49,367 nt of DNA from assembly GCA_000934665.2 (NCBI GenBank), contig JYFJ02000746.1, positions 62,001 to 111,367 of the forward strand, in the 5' to 3' direction. The translations under genes and the position numbers were made by a program. A model generated the notes under the pieces. That model saw only the letters and a list, made by a program, of their open reading frames with translations. It was not told where the DNA came from and searched no databases. How positions within the stretch are numbered: position 1 is the stretch's first letter; each line of letters opens with the position of its first letter. Of the stretch, positions 13,247 through 24,845 are shown piece by piece. The stretch comes from Catajapyx aquilonaris. Its lineage: Eukaryota.

Positions 13247-15169
13247 TCATGGTTGGTTCCCTTCCAGAGTTCTCCGTAATATTTGAATGAGCAGAGAAGG
13301 GCGGTCTGTGTCGCGCAAATTTGCAAAATCTTTTGTAGCAAACACCTGGTCGCGGTTGGCTAACAAAAATTCGAATGCTTTCTCCTTCAGCTCCATCGAA
13401 TTTGTTTCGTCCGCAGCCAGAAGAATCCTTATGGTGTCCTCCACCGTTATTTTGTCGAGCAAGATTTCCTCGCAGTCCTTTTTCAAGTCCTCCAATTGGT
13501 TCTTGTGAGCCAAGACTAACAGGTCGGACACTATGCCGACACTGTTAGGATTCTGCAGACAAAGTGATTTTTAAAAAATTGCATGCAAATTCACAGGTCT
13601 ATGCAATATTTCCCAACACGACTGATAATAATCTTACCGTGTCACCTCTGAATGCATAAGCTCCCATGGCATTTATTGATGCTTTCTTATCATCATCCAT
13701 TTCTTCGTCCTCGTTCAGGTTGTTCTTCAGAGTCGCATATAAAAAGAGGACATTTGGAGGGAAAGGATCTCCTCCAGTGGGGTTAAGGAACTCGGTGGGA
13801 ACGAGATTTGAAATATTGTTCACTATCAGAGTGTCTGGATTTTCATCCCTGTTAATAAACGCAAATTAGCAAGCATAAAAATAGGGCTGATGAAAGTATA
13901 TGTTAGCTTCTTACTTTGGAGGAGCGAGGCAGGTCTGAGTGAGGGATGGCAGGTCCTTGCAGCAAGGACTAACTTCTTTAATCCTTGTTACCTCTGTAGT
14001 GACTGTTAAGGAATCATCTCGAAGCAGACCTTCAATTTCTGAATACGAGAGTGCCCTTTCCCAACCCCAGCATGAACTGATAATGGAAGGGTTGTGCTCC
14101 TCCAGAGAATACCTCCCCATCTGAAATGCATCGCTTTAGTTAGTTGTCATGAAGCGACGTTTTACGTAGATTGCCATACCCAGTCAGGATTACGGAAGAC
14201 GCTGTTATTTGCAGTGTCGTTGGCCCAAACTGTTATCCTGATTTTAGTCAACACTTCACTGTCTTGCTCGAACGATTTCAGGCAAACCCAGAGTCCAGAA
14301 TATCTGTCACTTTCTCCGGACGTGTGCACCACCATTCTCATCCCTAAACCTGTCTCCCATTCGACAACCGGTACTTCCGATCCTTTAATCGTAGCAGAGA
14401 AAATCGTATTGTTCTCACTCCATTTCTGTGTGAAATTCTGGATATCCCAGGTGCTGCTCAGGGCTTCTACAGTTCGGTAGGTATCGCACCAATCGGTGAA
14501 GGTCTGAATATTGCTCACCTTTTGGTCGTAAAGTCCGTCTGGTGCACCAGCATATTCCGACTTGTCACTGACCTGAATCTCACTTGTAATGTGAATGGTG
14601 CCGTCGTCCCAGAGGTATTTGGACAGGGAGGACTTAGCAAGAAACTTCGAGTGTTTCTTACAGTGGCCATTTTTGTTCGGAAACTTTATCGGAGTCACTC
14701 GGACAGATGAACATTCCCTCGCAGAATTCATTATCCAGGGAAGTCCAGGTCCAGGACCGCCGAGGTCTATGACATAATTCTTGCCGCTGACACTGTGGAC
14801 ATTTCCTGTGGTGGAATAGTCGTTTGCCAGGACCCTGAAGTGGTACGTGGCCAGTTGGACATCTTTTTGCTTGGAATCGAGACACAAGGAGAGGGACACG
14901 TGGTCCTCGTTGCCGTCAGGTTCCAAACGAAGCAGCCATTTTGGAGTTGAAGAATCTGCGTCGATTGGGAAGAGTGGCGACGATATGCTCTGCCCTTTTT
15001 CGTCATCTGCTCGCATGCTGAAGTTGTGGATGGTCCAGCGGAAGAGAACAGTTTCTCTGGCTCTGGCTGGTTGGCCATTAGGGCAATCCGTACGACGGGC
15101 AGCCACACCTGATCCAAACAGCACCACTACTGAGGCTACGATTGCTACTATGCTGTGAGCACTAGCCAT
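13247..15169 (-). CDS. Family B copy 1: predicted secreted MATH-MATH-degenerate BTB-BACK protein
   Basis: Leader MASAHSIVAIVASVVVLFGSGVAA. Exons 15169-14180, 14120-13915, 13848-13638, 13552-13247 are in frame. Closely paralogous to the four copies to the right. Confidence 0.85.
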
Positions 15170-15714
15170 GTTGGAATCTATACTGTCCTCTGAGAGGCTG
15201 CAGTTGTTACTGGCGGAGGAAGAGAGATAGCTATTTTAAGATGGTGTCTTTTGAGCCCACATTATCATACATTTATTTGAAAGGTCGTGTCCCGAGGGAT
15301 GAATTCGGTCGTGGACAAAAATCCAAAGGTCCAAGGTGATTAACCTTGGACCTTTGTTTTTGGAGTCCACTAATCTCTGCGAGGTTGCAAACTGCTGTAC
15401 TAGGGGTGAAGGTGAGATATTATTTAATGATTTTCCTCTCGGTTTTTCTGAAGCGGTTATAATAACAATCAATACTGGTCATGTTATTTTATTCGTATAC
15501 AGTATTGACAATACTGTACGAATAAAATAACATGACCGGTTTATTCTCATTACGCACACATGCAATAATTACGACACCTAATATACATGGAAGCATCAAT
15601 GTGTGGGATATATATTCAGGAGGATGTCTCCGTGCTTGCGTTTCTTCTTGCGATAGAAATTGCACACTGATGATAGGAAACCAACACGCATATAATTATG
15701 TAACGTGCCTTTAA

Positions 15715-15850
15715 CCCTGTAATGCCCACTGGGTCATATCTGGCACACAACTTAGTGCAATTTTTGCAATTTTTGCAATTTTTATATTTCCTGTAAGTGC
15801 CAAATTGCTCTAAATGGTGTGCCAGATATGACCCAAGGGGCATTACAGGG
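15715..15850. mobile_element. piggyBac-type MITE (136 bp)
   Basis: Flanked by TTAA at 15711-15714 and 15851-15854. TIRs are ccctgtaatgcccactgggtcatatctggcacac and gtgtgccagatatgacccaaggggcattacaggg, with CCC..GGG ends. Confidence 0.8.
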
Positions 15851-16249
15851 TTAAACCAGCTTTCAAACGATATATAACATTAATTTTTCGGATCATTTGC
15901 CTGGGAGTTGTTTCGAGTCAAACACATGGCCTATATTAAATGAACGGAGAGTAGAACATTTTTTTTTCTCTGAATATTATCTGTTGAAATGAGGGTGAGT
16001 CTTATATGCCGTCAAATACTGTATCTTTTTTTGCAAAAAAAATCGATGACCATAACGGGCATAATATTTTCTTTAACTACCCGAGAAATCAGCTATTTAA
16101 CCAAGGGAACATTAGATAACGCTATAAGGAAATTAAGGCTAGCATCCCAAATTCCCAACCTACTAATTTTCAAAAGACATCTCTGTGATTATACCAGTCA
16201 TATTCTAATATTTAACCCACAAGTTCTATACTTTTAATAAACAATTTGA

Positions 16250-16990
16250 AATTATTGGTTATTTACGTTCGTAATTCAGGTTTAGATATCAGTTTCATAC
16301 CGTTTATCGTTGGTTCCCATTAAGAGTTCTCCAGGAAATTTCAATAAGCAGATGGTGTTCTGTGTCGCTCATATCTGGATAACGGCCAGATGATCATCTC
16401 ATCCGGAGGCACTTTCCCAGGGACGATGGGACTTGGGATCCGGACCGGATTCTTTGTAATGTTCCAGCTGGTGCGGACACGGGCCTGACAATGATGGAGT
16501 TGGAAGCCGTGGTGAATGACATGGTGGTCACCAAGGCCCCTGGGCCGGAGGGGCTCCCTCTGGCGTGCCTGCATCATCTGCTGCAAGCCATTGGTCCTAA
16601 CAGTGTCGGGATAGTGTCCGACCTTCTACTCCTGACACGAAGAAGGTCTGCTGGTCTGCTGGGCGTTTTTTTTTTTTTTTTGCTTAAAATCGTGACACAC
16701 ATAGTAGAGGTCCAGGTCCAGGTGACCATCACAACCGGAAGGTGTCAAACAGCGAAGCCTCTTTTGCACTGGAAGAACCTCGTCGATTGAAATAGTGACG
16801 ACGATATGTGCTCTTTAACTTGTTCTGCTCGAATGCTGAAGTTGTGGATGGTACATTGGAACTAAATGGTTTCTCCTGTTCCTATATAGTTGGCCGTGAG
16901 GACAATCCAAATGTGATCCAACACTTGATCCATGTAATGTCATAGCAATAGCTATGATTTTGGCATTCACAATTCTCTCTAAGGTTACAA
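16250..16990 (-). pseudogene. Scrambled family B pseudogene remnant
   Basis: 16250-16370 matches the 3' end and UTR of copy 4 (about 27705-27830). 16650-16990 is a frameshifted exon-1 remnant (TIHNFSIRAEQVKEHISSSLF). The middle is replaced by a LINE fragment and an inverted piece of the last exon. Confidence 0.75.
16372..16594 (+). mobile_element. Non-LTR retrotransposon (LINE) ORF2 fragment
   Basis: Translates to HLIRRHFPRDD...LTMMELEAVVNDMVVTKAPGPEGLPLACL. This matches the conserved (I/F)T..E...A.......KAPGPDG(I/L)P motif just upstream of LINE reverse transcriptase domains. Confidence 0.65.
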
Positions 16991-17727
16991 CTGCTGGTGA
17001 CGAAGGGAATCGGATGGCAAACCGGCTTTAAAATCTTCGGGCCACTCTATCAGGAAATTCCCGTGTCACGAGGGTTATCATCTTGGGTGAGTCTGGGCAA
17101 AAGGGAAAACTAGCAGAAAGCACTTCACACATCCAAATTTATTTATTACGTGACAGCAAAATAGCATTGCATCAACATACGTAATTATACTGCCCCTTGC
17201 CTAAAATACTAATTTGATTATATGGAAAATGGCATTTCCACATTTGTTTTATTCCACAACGCTTTGTAGAGATTACATCATATTCATGGGTTGGCAACTC
17301 ACTCCCAAGTAGGTCAAGCATTCATTAATAACATATCCTGCTTCCTGCACATTGACGAATGATGGGCACACACATCCGGTAGGCGAGTAAATAGTACCAT
17401 AGGTAGACCTTTTGGCCTGTTGAGACCTTGATTCTTGCGATGGCTATTTTATCTGCTGAATGATCATTTCCCAAAACACTTCCATCAACCAATACAAATT
17501 TTCCTAGAACCCCCTTATACAGTAGGCCTACTGAGAAAATTAAACTATATAATAATCATGCAGTCAGCAGTCCAACCTATAGCAATTTCCACAGCACAGC
17601 TGTGATTACACAACAATAAAACCTATTCTGATATTTAACACACAATTGCAACGCCTTAAAAAACCGTTTGAAATTATTGGTTATTTGTGTTCGTAATTCA
17701 GGTTTAAATACCACAGTTTCATTCCGT

Positions 17728-19622
17728 TTATGGCTGGTGCAATTCCAGCAGGGTTCTCCAGGATATCTGAGTGATCAGAGGAGGGTGTTCTGAGTCGGGC
17801 AAATTTTCAAAATCTTTTGTATCAAGCACCTGATCGCGGTTGGCTAACAAAAATTGGAAGGCCTTCTCCTTCAGCTCCGTCGAATTGGTTTCATCCGCAG
17901 CCTGCAGGATCCTTATGGTGTTCTCCACCGTGATTTTGTCGGACAGAATTTCTTCGCATACCTTTTTCAAGTCGTCCAGGTGGTTCTTGTAGGCCAGTAC
18001 TAGAAGGTCGGACACTATCCCGACACTATCAGGATTCTGCAAAAAAGACGCTTTAAAAATTGCGTCAAAATTCACACGTTTATACTGCACATGCAATATT
18101 TCCCAGCATATATTAGAAATAATCTCACCGTGTCACCTCTGAATGCGTATGATCCCGTGGCATTTATTGATACTTTATCATCTTCTATTTCTTCGTCCCC
18201 ATTATGAGTGTTATTTATAGTCGCATATAGAAAGAGGACATTTGGAGGGAAAGGCTCTGCTCCAGTGGGGTTAAGGAACTCGGTGGGAACTAGATTTGAA
18301 ATCTTGTTCACTATCAGAGTGTCTGTATCTTCCTCCCTGTTAATAAACGCAAATTAGCACTCATAGCATTATTGTATACAATGAGCTAATTACTTGGGTA
18401 TAGCAGGACATGTCTGAGTGATGGATGGCAAGTCCTTGGAGCAACTAGTAACTTCTCTAATCCTTGTTACCTCTGTAGTAACTGTGAAAGAATCTTCTCG
18501 AAGCAGGCCTTCAATTTTTGAATTAGAGAATACCCTTTCCCGACCCCAGCATGCAGCCACAATGGAAGGGTTGTGCTCCTCCAGCGAATATCTCACCACC
18601 TGAAATCATCGCTTTAGTTAGTTGTAATGAAGCGACGTTTTACGTAGATTGCCATACCCAGTCAGAATTACTGAAGACGCGGTTATTTTTAGTGTCGTTG
18701 GCCGAAACTGTTATCCTGACTTTAGCTAACACTTCGCCCTCTTGCTTGGACGATTTCAGGCAAACGTAGAGGCCAGCATATCTTTCACTTTCTCCTGACT
18801 CGTGTTTAACTATTCTCATCAGGAATTCTGTCTCCCATTCGACAAGAGGTGCTTCGGTTCCCTTAATCCGAGGTGAAACAGTCGTTTTGTTTTCATCAAA
18901 TTTCTGTGGGACATCTAGGATTTCCCAGGTGCTGCTCAGGACTTCCACAGTTTTGTATTCAGTGTCGCACCAATCGGTGTAGGCAAAAGGATTGCGCACA
19001 TTTTGGTCGAAAAATCCGTCTGGTGCACCGGCACATTCCGATTCGTTTCTGACCTGAATGTCACACAGAATGTTCAGGGTGACGTTGTCCCATAGGTAAT
19101 TGGCCAGGGAGGACCTCGGGAGGACCTCTGAGCGTCCCCAACAGAAACTACCTTCGTCCGGAAACTTTTTCGGAGTCTCGCTGCCAAATACAGAATTCAT
19201 TAATCTAGTTTGTGTAATGTACTCGTAGGTCTAATGTAAAAGAAGTTTATGACTCACCTGGTGACACTTCTGACATTTCCGGTGGTAGAGTAGTTGTTTG
19301 CCAGGACCCTGAAGTGGTAGTCGGCCAAGTGGACGTCTTTTTGGTTGGAATCGAGACACAAGTAGAGAGACACGTGGCAGCTGCCAGGTGTCAAACGTAC
19401 CACCCATTTTGGAGGGGAAGAATCTGCGTCGATCGGGAACAGTGGCGACGATATGTTATCATTGTCTCTCTCTGCTCTGATGCTGAAGTTGTGGATGGTC
19501 CAGCGGAAAAGAATTGTTTCTCCTACTTTGGCTAGTTGGCCATTAGGACAATCCGTAGGGGCAGCCAGGCTTGATCCGAACAGCAACACTACAGAGGCAA
19601 CTATTATGTAAAGACTAGCCAT
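17728..19622 (-). CDS. Family B copy 2: predicted secreted MATH-MATH-degenerate BTB-BACK protein
   Basis: Leader MASLYIIVASVVLLFGSSLA. Exons 19622-19258, 19180-18658, 18599-18394, 18336-18129, 18036-17728, all GT-AG and in frame. Confidence 0.87.
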
Positions 19623-19849
19623 GTTGGAAAATTCTGTCCTCTGAGAGGCTGCAGTTGTTACTGGCGAAGGAAGAGAGATAGCTCGTTTTAGGTTATATCT
19701 TCTGAGGGACTCATTATCAGGCAGTTCTTCGCAAGGCCGTGTCCCTAGGGACGAATCCGGCCATGGAGGATAATAATGTGGCCACTGTAAACATTTCTGA
19801 TGTTATGAAAGAATTCATGGAGCGATAATTTTGTGGTTGGTTATATGTC

Positions 19850-21010
19850 AGGATTCTCCAGGAAATTTCAATGAGCAGAGGGCTGTGTCGCGAGAATTTT
19901 CAAAATAGTTTGTAGCAAGCACGAAGCACCTGATTCTAATTGGCTACCAAAAATTGGAAGGCCTTCTCCTTCAGCTCCATCGAATTGGTTTCATCCGCAG
20001 CCAGAATAATCCGTGCTGATCTCCACTGTGATTTCGTCGAACAAGATTTTCTCTCAAACCTTTTTCAAGTCTTCCAAGTGGTTCTTGTGGGCCAGGAGTA
20101 GAAGGTCGGACACTATCCCGACACTGTTAGGATTCTGCAAACATGATACGGGTAATTGAAAAATTGTGGTCAACTTTCATAAATCCATGCAATATTTTTC
20201 AACACAATTGGAAATAATCTCACGGTGTCACCTGTGAATGCATTATTAATAATTGATGCTTTATCATCTTCTCTTTTTTCCTCCACGTTTATGTTGTTAT
20301 TCATAGTTGCATTTAGAAATATGGCAATTGGAGGGAAAGGCTCTGCTCCACTGGGCTTCAGGAACTCGATGGGAACTACAGGGTGGCCACGAAGTAAGGG
20401 GCAAATCTTTGATGAACAATAAGTCAATAAGAAAATTTAATGCAAGCAAGTGAAACTACAAGAAGACATCTACAGGGACAGGAAAAGATAGTGTATCGAT
20501 TTTCCACATAGTGGTCAACTTGGGCGCCATTCAGATCCATGCAAGCTTGAAGTCTTATTTTGAGGTTCTCGCAGGCCTTGCTGCTGATCACCACTGGAAT
20601 TGAACTGAACTCCTCAGTATAATAACTTGGCGAAGGTGAGTTAGGTTTTGAATCCTATGCTTGTACACTTGATCCTTTAAATGTCATTTATTTTGTGTGG
20701 CATCCAGGATATCCCAGGTGCCTCTCAGGACTTCCACAGCTCTGTACATAGTTAGTGTCGCACCCTATAGTCAAGAATATTGCGGAAAATAGTATGGCCA
20801 CTGTAAATATTTCCGGTGGATATGGGAGTAGCTTGGGGAGTAGTTTATGTATAGTAGTCGTTTGCCACGACCCTGAGAAATTGTAGTCGGCCAGCTGCTT
20901 GGCTCCTTTTTTATTGGAATCCAGACACACGTAGAGGGCCAGGTGACCATCGCTGCAGGCAGGTGCCAACCAGCAGAGATTCCACTTTGCAATGGAGGAA
21001 TCTGCGTCGA
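19850..21010 (-). pseudogene. Family B pseudogene: frameshifted last two exons plus exon 1/2 fragments, interrupted by a mariner fragment
   Basis: 19850-20378 aligns to exons 4-5 of the intact copies with indels. 20700-21010 holds pieces such as GHLALYVCLDSNKK and DTNYVQSCGSPERHLGYPG (out of frame), with large deletions. Confidence 0.8.
20379..20685 (-). mobile_element. Tc1/mariner-superfamily transposon 3' fragment
   Basis: Begins after TA (20377-20378) with cagggtggccac, a typical mariner-like terminus. The minus strand encodes HLKDQVYKHRIQNLTHLRQVI, then a frameshift, then TEEFSSIPVVISSKACENLKIRLQACMDLNGAQVDH. This resembles the Tc1/mariner transposase C-terminus (LK..VY.......L...I......IP......AC.....RL..C....G). 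Confidence 0.75.
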
Positions 21011-21104
21011 AAAATTGTTTTAAAAGCTAAGGCCATGTTATCAGGAGTTGCGTCACGAGGGTTTATCATACCCGGCGGGTGAGATTGGCCAAGGAGGAAA
21101 ACTA

Positions 21105-21260
21105 CACTGTATCACTCGTGAGTCTATCATGGAACATCAATTTTCAATGCTCTTGTGATGCTTTTTAGCAACGAAAAAAAGCATCACAAGAGCATTAAAA
21201 ATTGATGTTACATGAGAGACTCACCAGTGATGCTCATTTAATGTTTTGCGGTTTACAGTG
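21105..21260. mobile_element. Hairpin MITE with TA target-site duplication (156 bp)
   Basis: Termini CACTGTA..TACAGTG flanked by TA, with an internal near-perfect palindrome of about 55-bp arms. It is absent from the paralogous promoter at about 24010-24040 (ggaggaaaactagcaaaattcacttcg). Confidence 0.8.
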
Positions 21261-21685
21261 TAGCCTTGAGTGTAGCTAAATGCACTTCGAACGTCCAGGT
21301 TCATTTATTATGTGACTGAAAAATAATATTGCATCAACTAATACTGCCATTGCCAAGAAGGAACAATCTGACGGTGTGGCAAGTTACATTGCAGCATTTA
21401 TTTTATTCCACAACACTAGCTGGGTATAGAGATTCTAGCATCTAGCTTATTCATGAATTAGCAACTCACTCTCCAGCATGGCGGCAAACAATAATGTTCA
21501 TTAATAACACTATCAATGCACATTGGCGGTTGATGGGCACAGACATCTGGCATATAATTATACTGTACAACAACCATATTCTGGTAATCAACAAGCAATT
21601 GGAACTCTTCAAAAAATAGTGTGAAATTATTGGTTTTCTATGCTTGTAATTTGGATTTAGGTACCGTTTGATTCCATGTTTCTGT

Positions 21686-23585
21686 TTATGGGAGATTCCC
21701 CTCCAGGGTTCTCCAGGATATTTGAACGATCAGAGGAGTCTGTTCTGTATCACGCAAATTTTCAAAGTCTTTTGTAGCAAGCACCTGGTCTTGATTAGCT
21801 ACCAAGAATTCGAAGGCTTTTTCCTTAAGCTCCGTCGAATTGGTTTCATCCGCCGCCAGAAGAATCCTTATGGTGCTCTCCACTGTAATTTTGTCGAACA
21901 AGATTTTTTCGCAGATCTTCTTCAATTCGTCCAAGTGGTTCTTGTGAGCCAGGACTAACAGGTCGGACACTATCCCGACACTGTTAGGATTCTGCAGACA
22001 AAGGGATTTTTAAAAATGGCATGAAAATTCACAGGTCTATGCAATATTTTCTCAACACCATTGAAAATTAATAATGATCTTACCGTGTCACCTCTGAATG
22101 CATATGCTCCTGTTGCATTTATTGATGCTCTCTCATCATCTTCCATTTCTTCGACCTGGTTTTTGTTATTCTTCAGAGTTGCATATAAAAAGAGGACGTT
22201 TGGAGGGAAAGGATCTGCTCCAGTGGGCTTAAGGAACTCGGTGGGAACTAAAGTTGAAACATCAACTGTGAGAGAGTCTGGATCTCTTTCCCTGTTAAAA
22301 AGCAAAATATTAGCCCATAAATAATATATGATTCATATACATACAATATTAGCTTCTTACTTTGGAGGAGCGAAGCAGGTTTGAGTGATAGATGGCAGGT
22401 CCTTGGAGCAAGCAGTAACTTCTGTAATCCTGGTTATTTCTGTAATCACTGTTAAAGAATCATCTCGAAGCAGACCTTCGATCTGTGCGTAGGAGAGTGC
22501 CCTTCGCCAACCCCAGCATGGATAATCAGTGGGAGGCTTGTGCAGAAACGAGTGTCTCCTCACCTGCAGAGTATTGCGTTAGTTAATTGTCATGAGTCGA
22601 CGCGACGTTTGACATAGATCGCCATACCTTAGTCGTCTCGAAGACGCGGTTATTCGCAGTGATGTTGGCCAAAACAGTTATCTTGTTTGAAGCTAATACT
22701 TCGCCCTCTTGCTTGAACGTTTCCTGGCAAACGTAGAGGCCAGCGTATCTTTCACTTTCTCCAGATTCTTGCTCCACCATTCTCATCTGGAATTGTGTCC
22801 CCCATTCGACAAGAGGTGCTTCGGTTCCCTTAATCCGAGGAGAAACCATCGTTTTGTTTTCACCCCAATTTTGGGTGACGCCCTGAATATCCCAGGTGCT
22901 GCTCAGGACTTCCACAGTTCTGTATTCAGTGTCGCACCAATCGGTGTAGGCAAAAGGATTGCGCACATTTTCATCAAAAAATCCGTCTTGTTCCTTGGCA
23001 CATTGCGACTCGTGTCTGACCTGAATGTCACAGAGAATGTGCAGGCTGTCGTCGTCCCAGAGGTAGTTGGCCAGGGAGGATCTTGGGAGGAACTTTGGGA
23101 ATCCCCAACAGAAGCTATCTTCGTTCGGAAACTTTCTCGGAATCCCGCTGCCAGATACAGATTTTCAGGTGAATTGCATGCCAAATGTAAAAGACATTTA
23201 CTATTTACCTGTGGCGATTGTGAACATCTCTAGTGGTGGAGTAGTCTTTTGCCAGGATCCTGAAGTAGAAGTCGGCCAAGTGGACATCTGTTTGATTGGA
23301 ATCGAGGCACACGAAGAGGGACACGTGGTTGCTGCCAGGTGTCAAACTTAGCAGCCATTTTGGAGTGGAAGAATCCGCGTCGATCGGGAAGAGTGGCGAC
23401 GATATTTTCTCGTTGACTGGTTCTGCTCGGATGCTGAAGTTGTGGATGGTCCAACGGAAAAGAACAGTTTCTCCAGCTTTAGCTAGTTGGCCATTAGGAC
23501 TATCCGAAGCGGGGGCAGCAAGACTTGATCCATACAGCACCACTACGGCGGCAATTATCGCTACTATAATATGGGGACTAGCCAT
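21686..23585 (-). CDS. Family B copy 3: predicted secreted MATH-MATH-degenerate BTB-BACK protein
   Basis: Leader MASPHIIVAIIAAVVVLYGSSLA. Exons 23585-23209, 23147-22628, 22563-22361, 22291-22084, 21991-21686 are in frame. Confidence 0.87.
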
Positions 23586-23739
23586 ACTGTTTTCTGGGAG
23601 TCTGAAATTGGCACTGATAGAGGAAAAAGAGATAGCTCTTGTTTTAAGCGATATCTTCTGAGCTCCACATTATCAGACAGTCCGCCTCCCAAGGGTTTAT
23701 CGTCTGCGGTGAACCTGGCAATGGAGGAAACTGGTAGTA

Positions 23740-23930
23740 GACTGGCCAGTGTAGACATTTCTGGTAGTATGGAGTAGTTTACTGAGTAGTTGTTTGCCAT
23801 GAAGTGGTATAGTGGGCCAGTTGGGCATCTTTTTGTTTGGACTCGAGACACAAGTAGAAGGCCAGGTGACCATAGCTGCCGGCAGGTGCCAATCAGAGAT
23901 TCCACATTGAAATGGAAGAATCTGCGTCTA
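23740..23930 (-). pseudogene. Family B exon-1 fragment, a duplicate of the 20790-21010 remnant
   Basis: Degenerate DADSS..KWNL....GHLAFYLCLESKQKDAQLA.YHF segment, followed by the family promoter block at 23940-24120. Confidence 0.7.
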
Positions 23931-23959
23931 AAAATGGGCAACGCTATCAGGAAATTCGC

Positions 23960-24070
23960 AGAAATGTCGTGTCACGAGGGTTTATCATCCCCGGATGAGG
24001 TTGGCCAAGGAGGAAAACTAGCAAAATTCACTTCGCACGTCCAGATTCATTTATTACGTGACTGAAAAAT
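23960..24070 (-). promoter_or_regulatory. Conserved upstream block of family B genes (representative copy)
   Basis: Variants of gtcgtgtcacgagggtttatcatcc..gg.gag..tggcca..gaggaaaacta recur near 17062, 21050, 23968, 29783 and 32561, more weakly near 15283, 19737, 23690 and 12745, about 70-130 bp upstream of the ATGs or exon-1 remnants. Most copies contain GATAA on the minus strand. Confidence 0.5.
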
Positions 24071-24539
24071 AATATTTCATCAACATAATATTATACTGCC
24101 ACTGTCAAGAAGGAGCAATATGATGGTGTAGGCCTTGAGCCAGGGCCTCAAATGTAGGCTTTCGGTACCACTCGGAGGGACCGGTTCTAATGTAATTTTT
24201 TAAGCAAGGTATGGATCCCTAGAGATGGAAAATAGGTGATAGCAAGTCATAACTCTCGGCCTTCTGTCTGAAATTATTGAATTAATAACCATAACCGAAA
24301 AAATCACGCAGTTTTCATATTTTTCACAAATATCGCCCAAATTCATCAGAATATTTAGGCAAATAAATCTAATTATACTTGAGTAAGTTAATTCAATGCA
24401 TATTTAAACTAATTTAATTATTATATTTATTTTTAAATTTTAAATTTTAAATTAAATATTAGACCCAGTGAGAGCCCTCCTTGGGCCTTTTAGGGGATCA
24501 TCTTTTATTTAACCGATGTTAGCCATTGCCTATGCTGTC

Positions 24540-24705
24540 ATGGAATTGCATGGGGAATGAAACGGGAGAGCCCCGAGAAAACCCACGCGAACCCGGAGAG
24601 AACTCATCGACACTCTATCTACATGAGTATCCTTCTGTCCGACCCGGGGAGAGAACTCGGGACCTCAGAGGTGGAAGGCTGTTGCGATAACCACCACCGT
24701 GCCAC
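24540..24705 (-). mobile_element. tRNA-derived SINE-like sequence at the inner end of the Academ left TIR; 5'-truncated mirror copy at about 26921-27060 (+)
   Basis: The minus strand reads gtggcacggtggtggttatcgc..gccttccacctctgaggtcccgagttctctccccgg (degenerate A and B boxes), then gcgtgggttttctcggggctctcccgtttcattcccc, which resembles the V-SINE central domain. Confidence 0.5.
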
Positions 24706-24845
24706 TCCAATTTCAAACTAATTAGGATTATTAATTGCAATAATAAATGTACTCTTTATAATGAGAACAATGAGTCTGTTGCATTCCTCATATATTGAGA
24801 TACAATAGATTAGGACTATACGTAGACTATAATTTTCACTTACAA

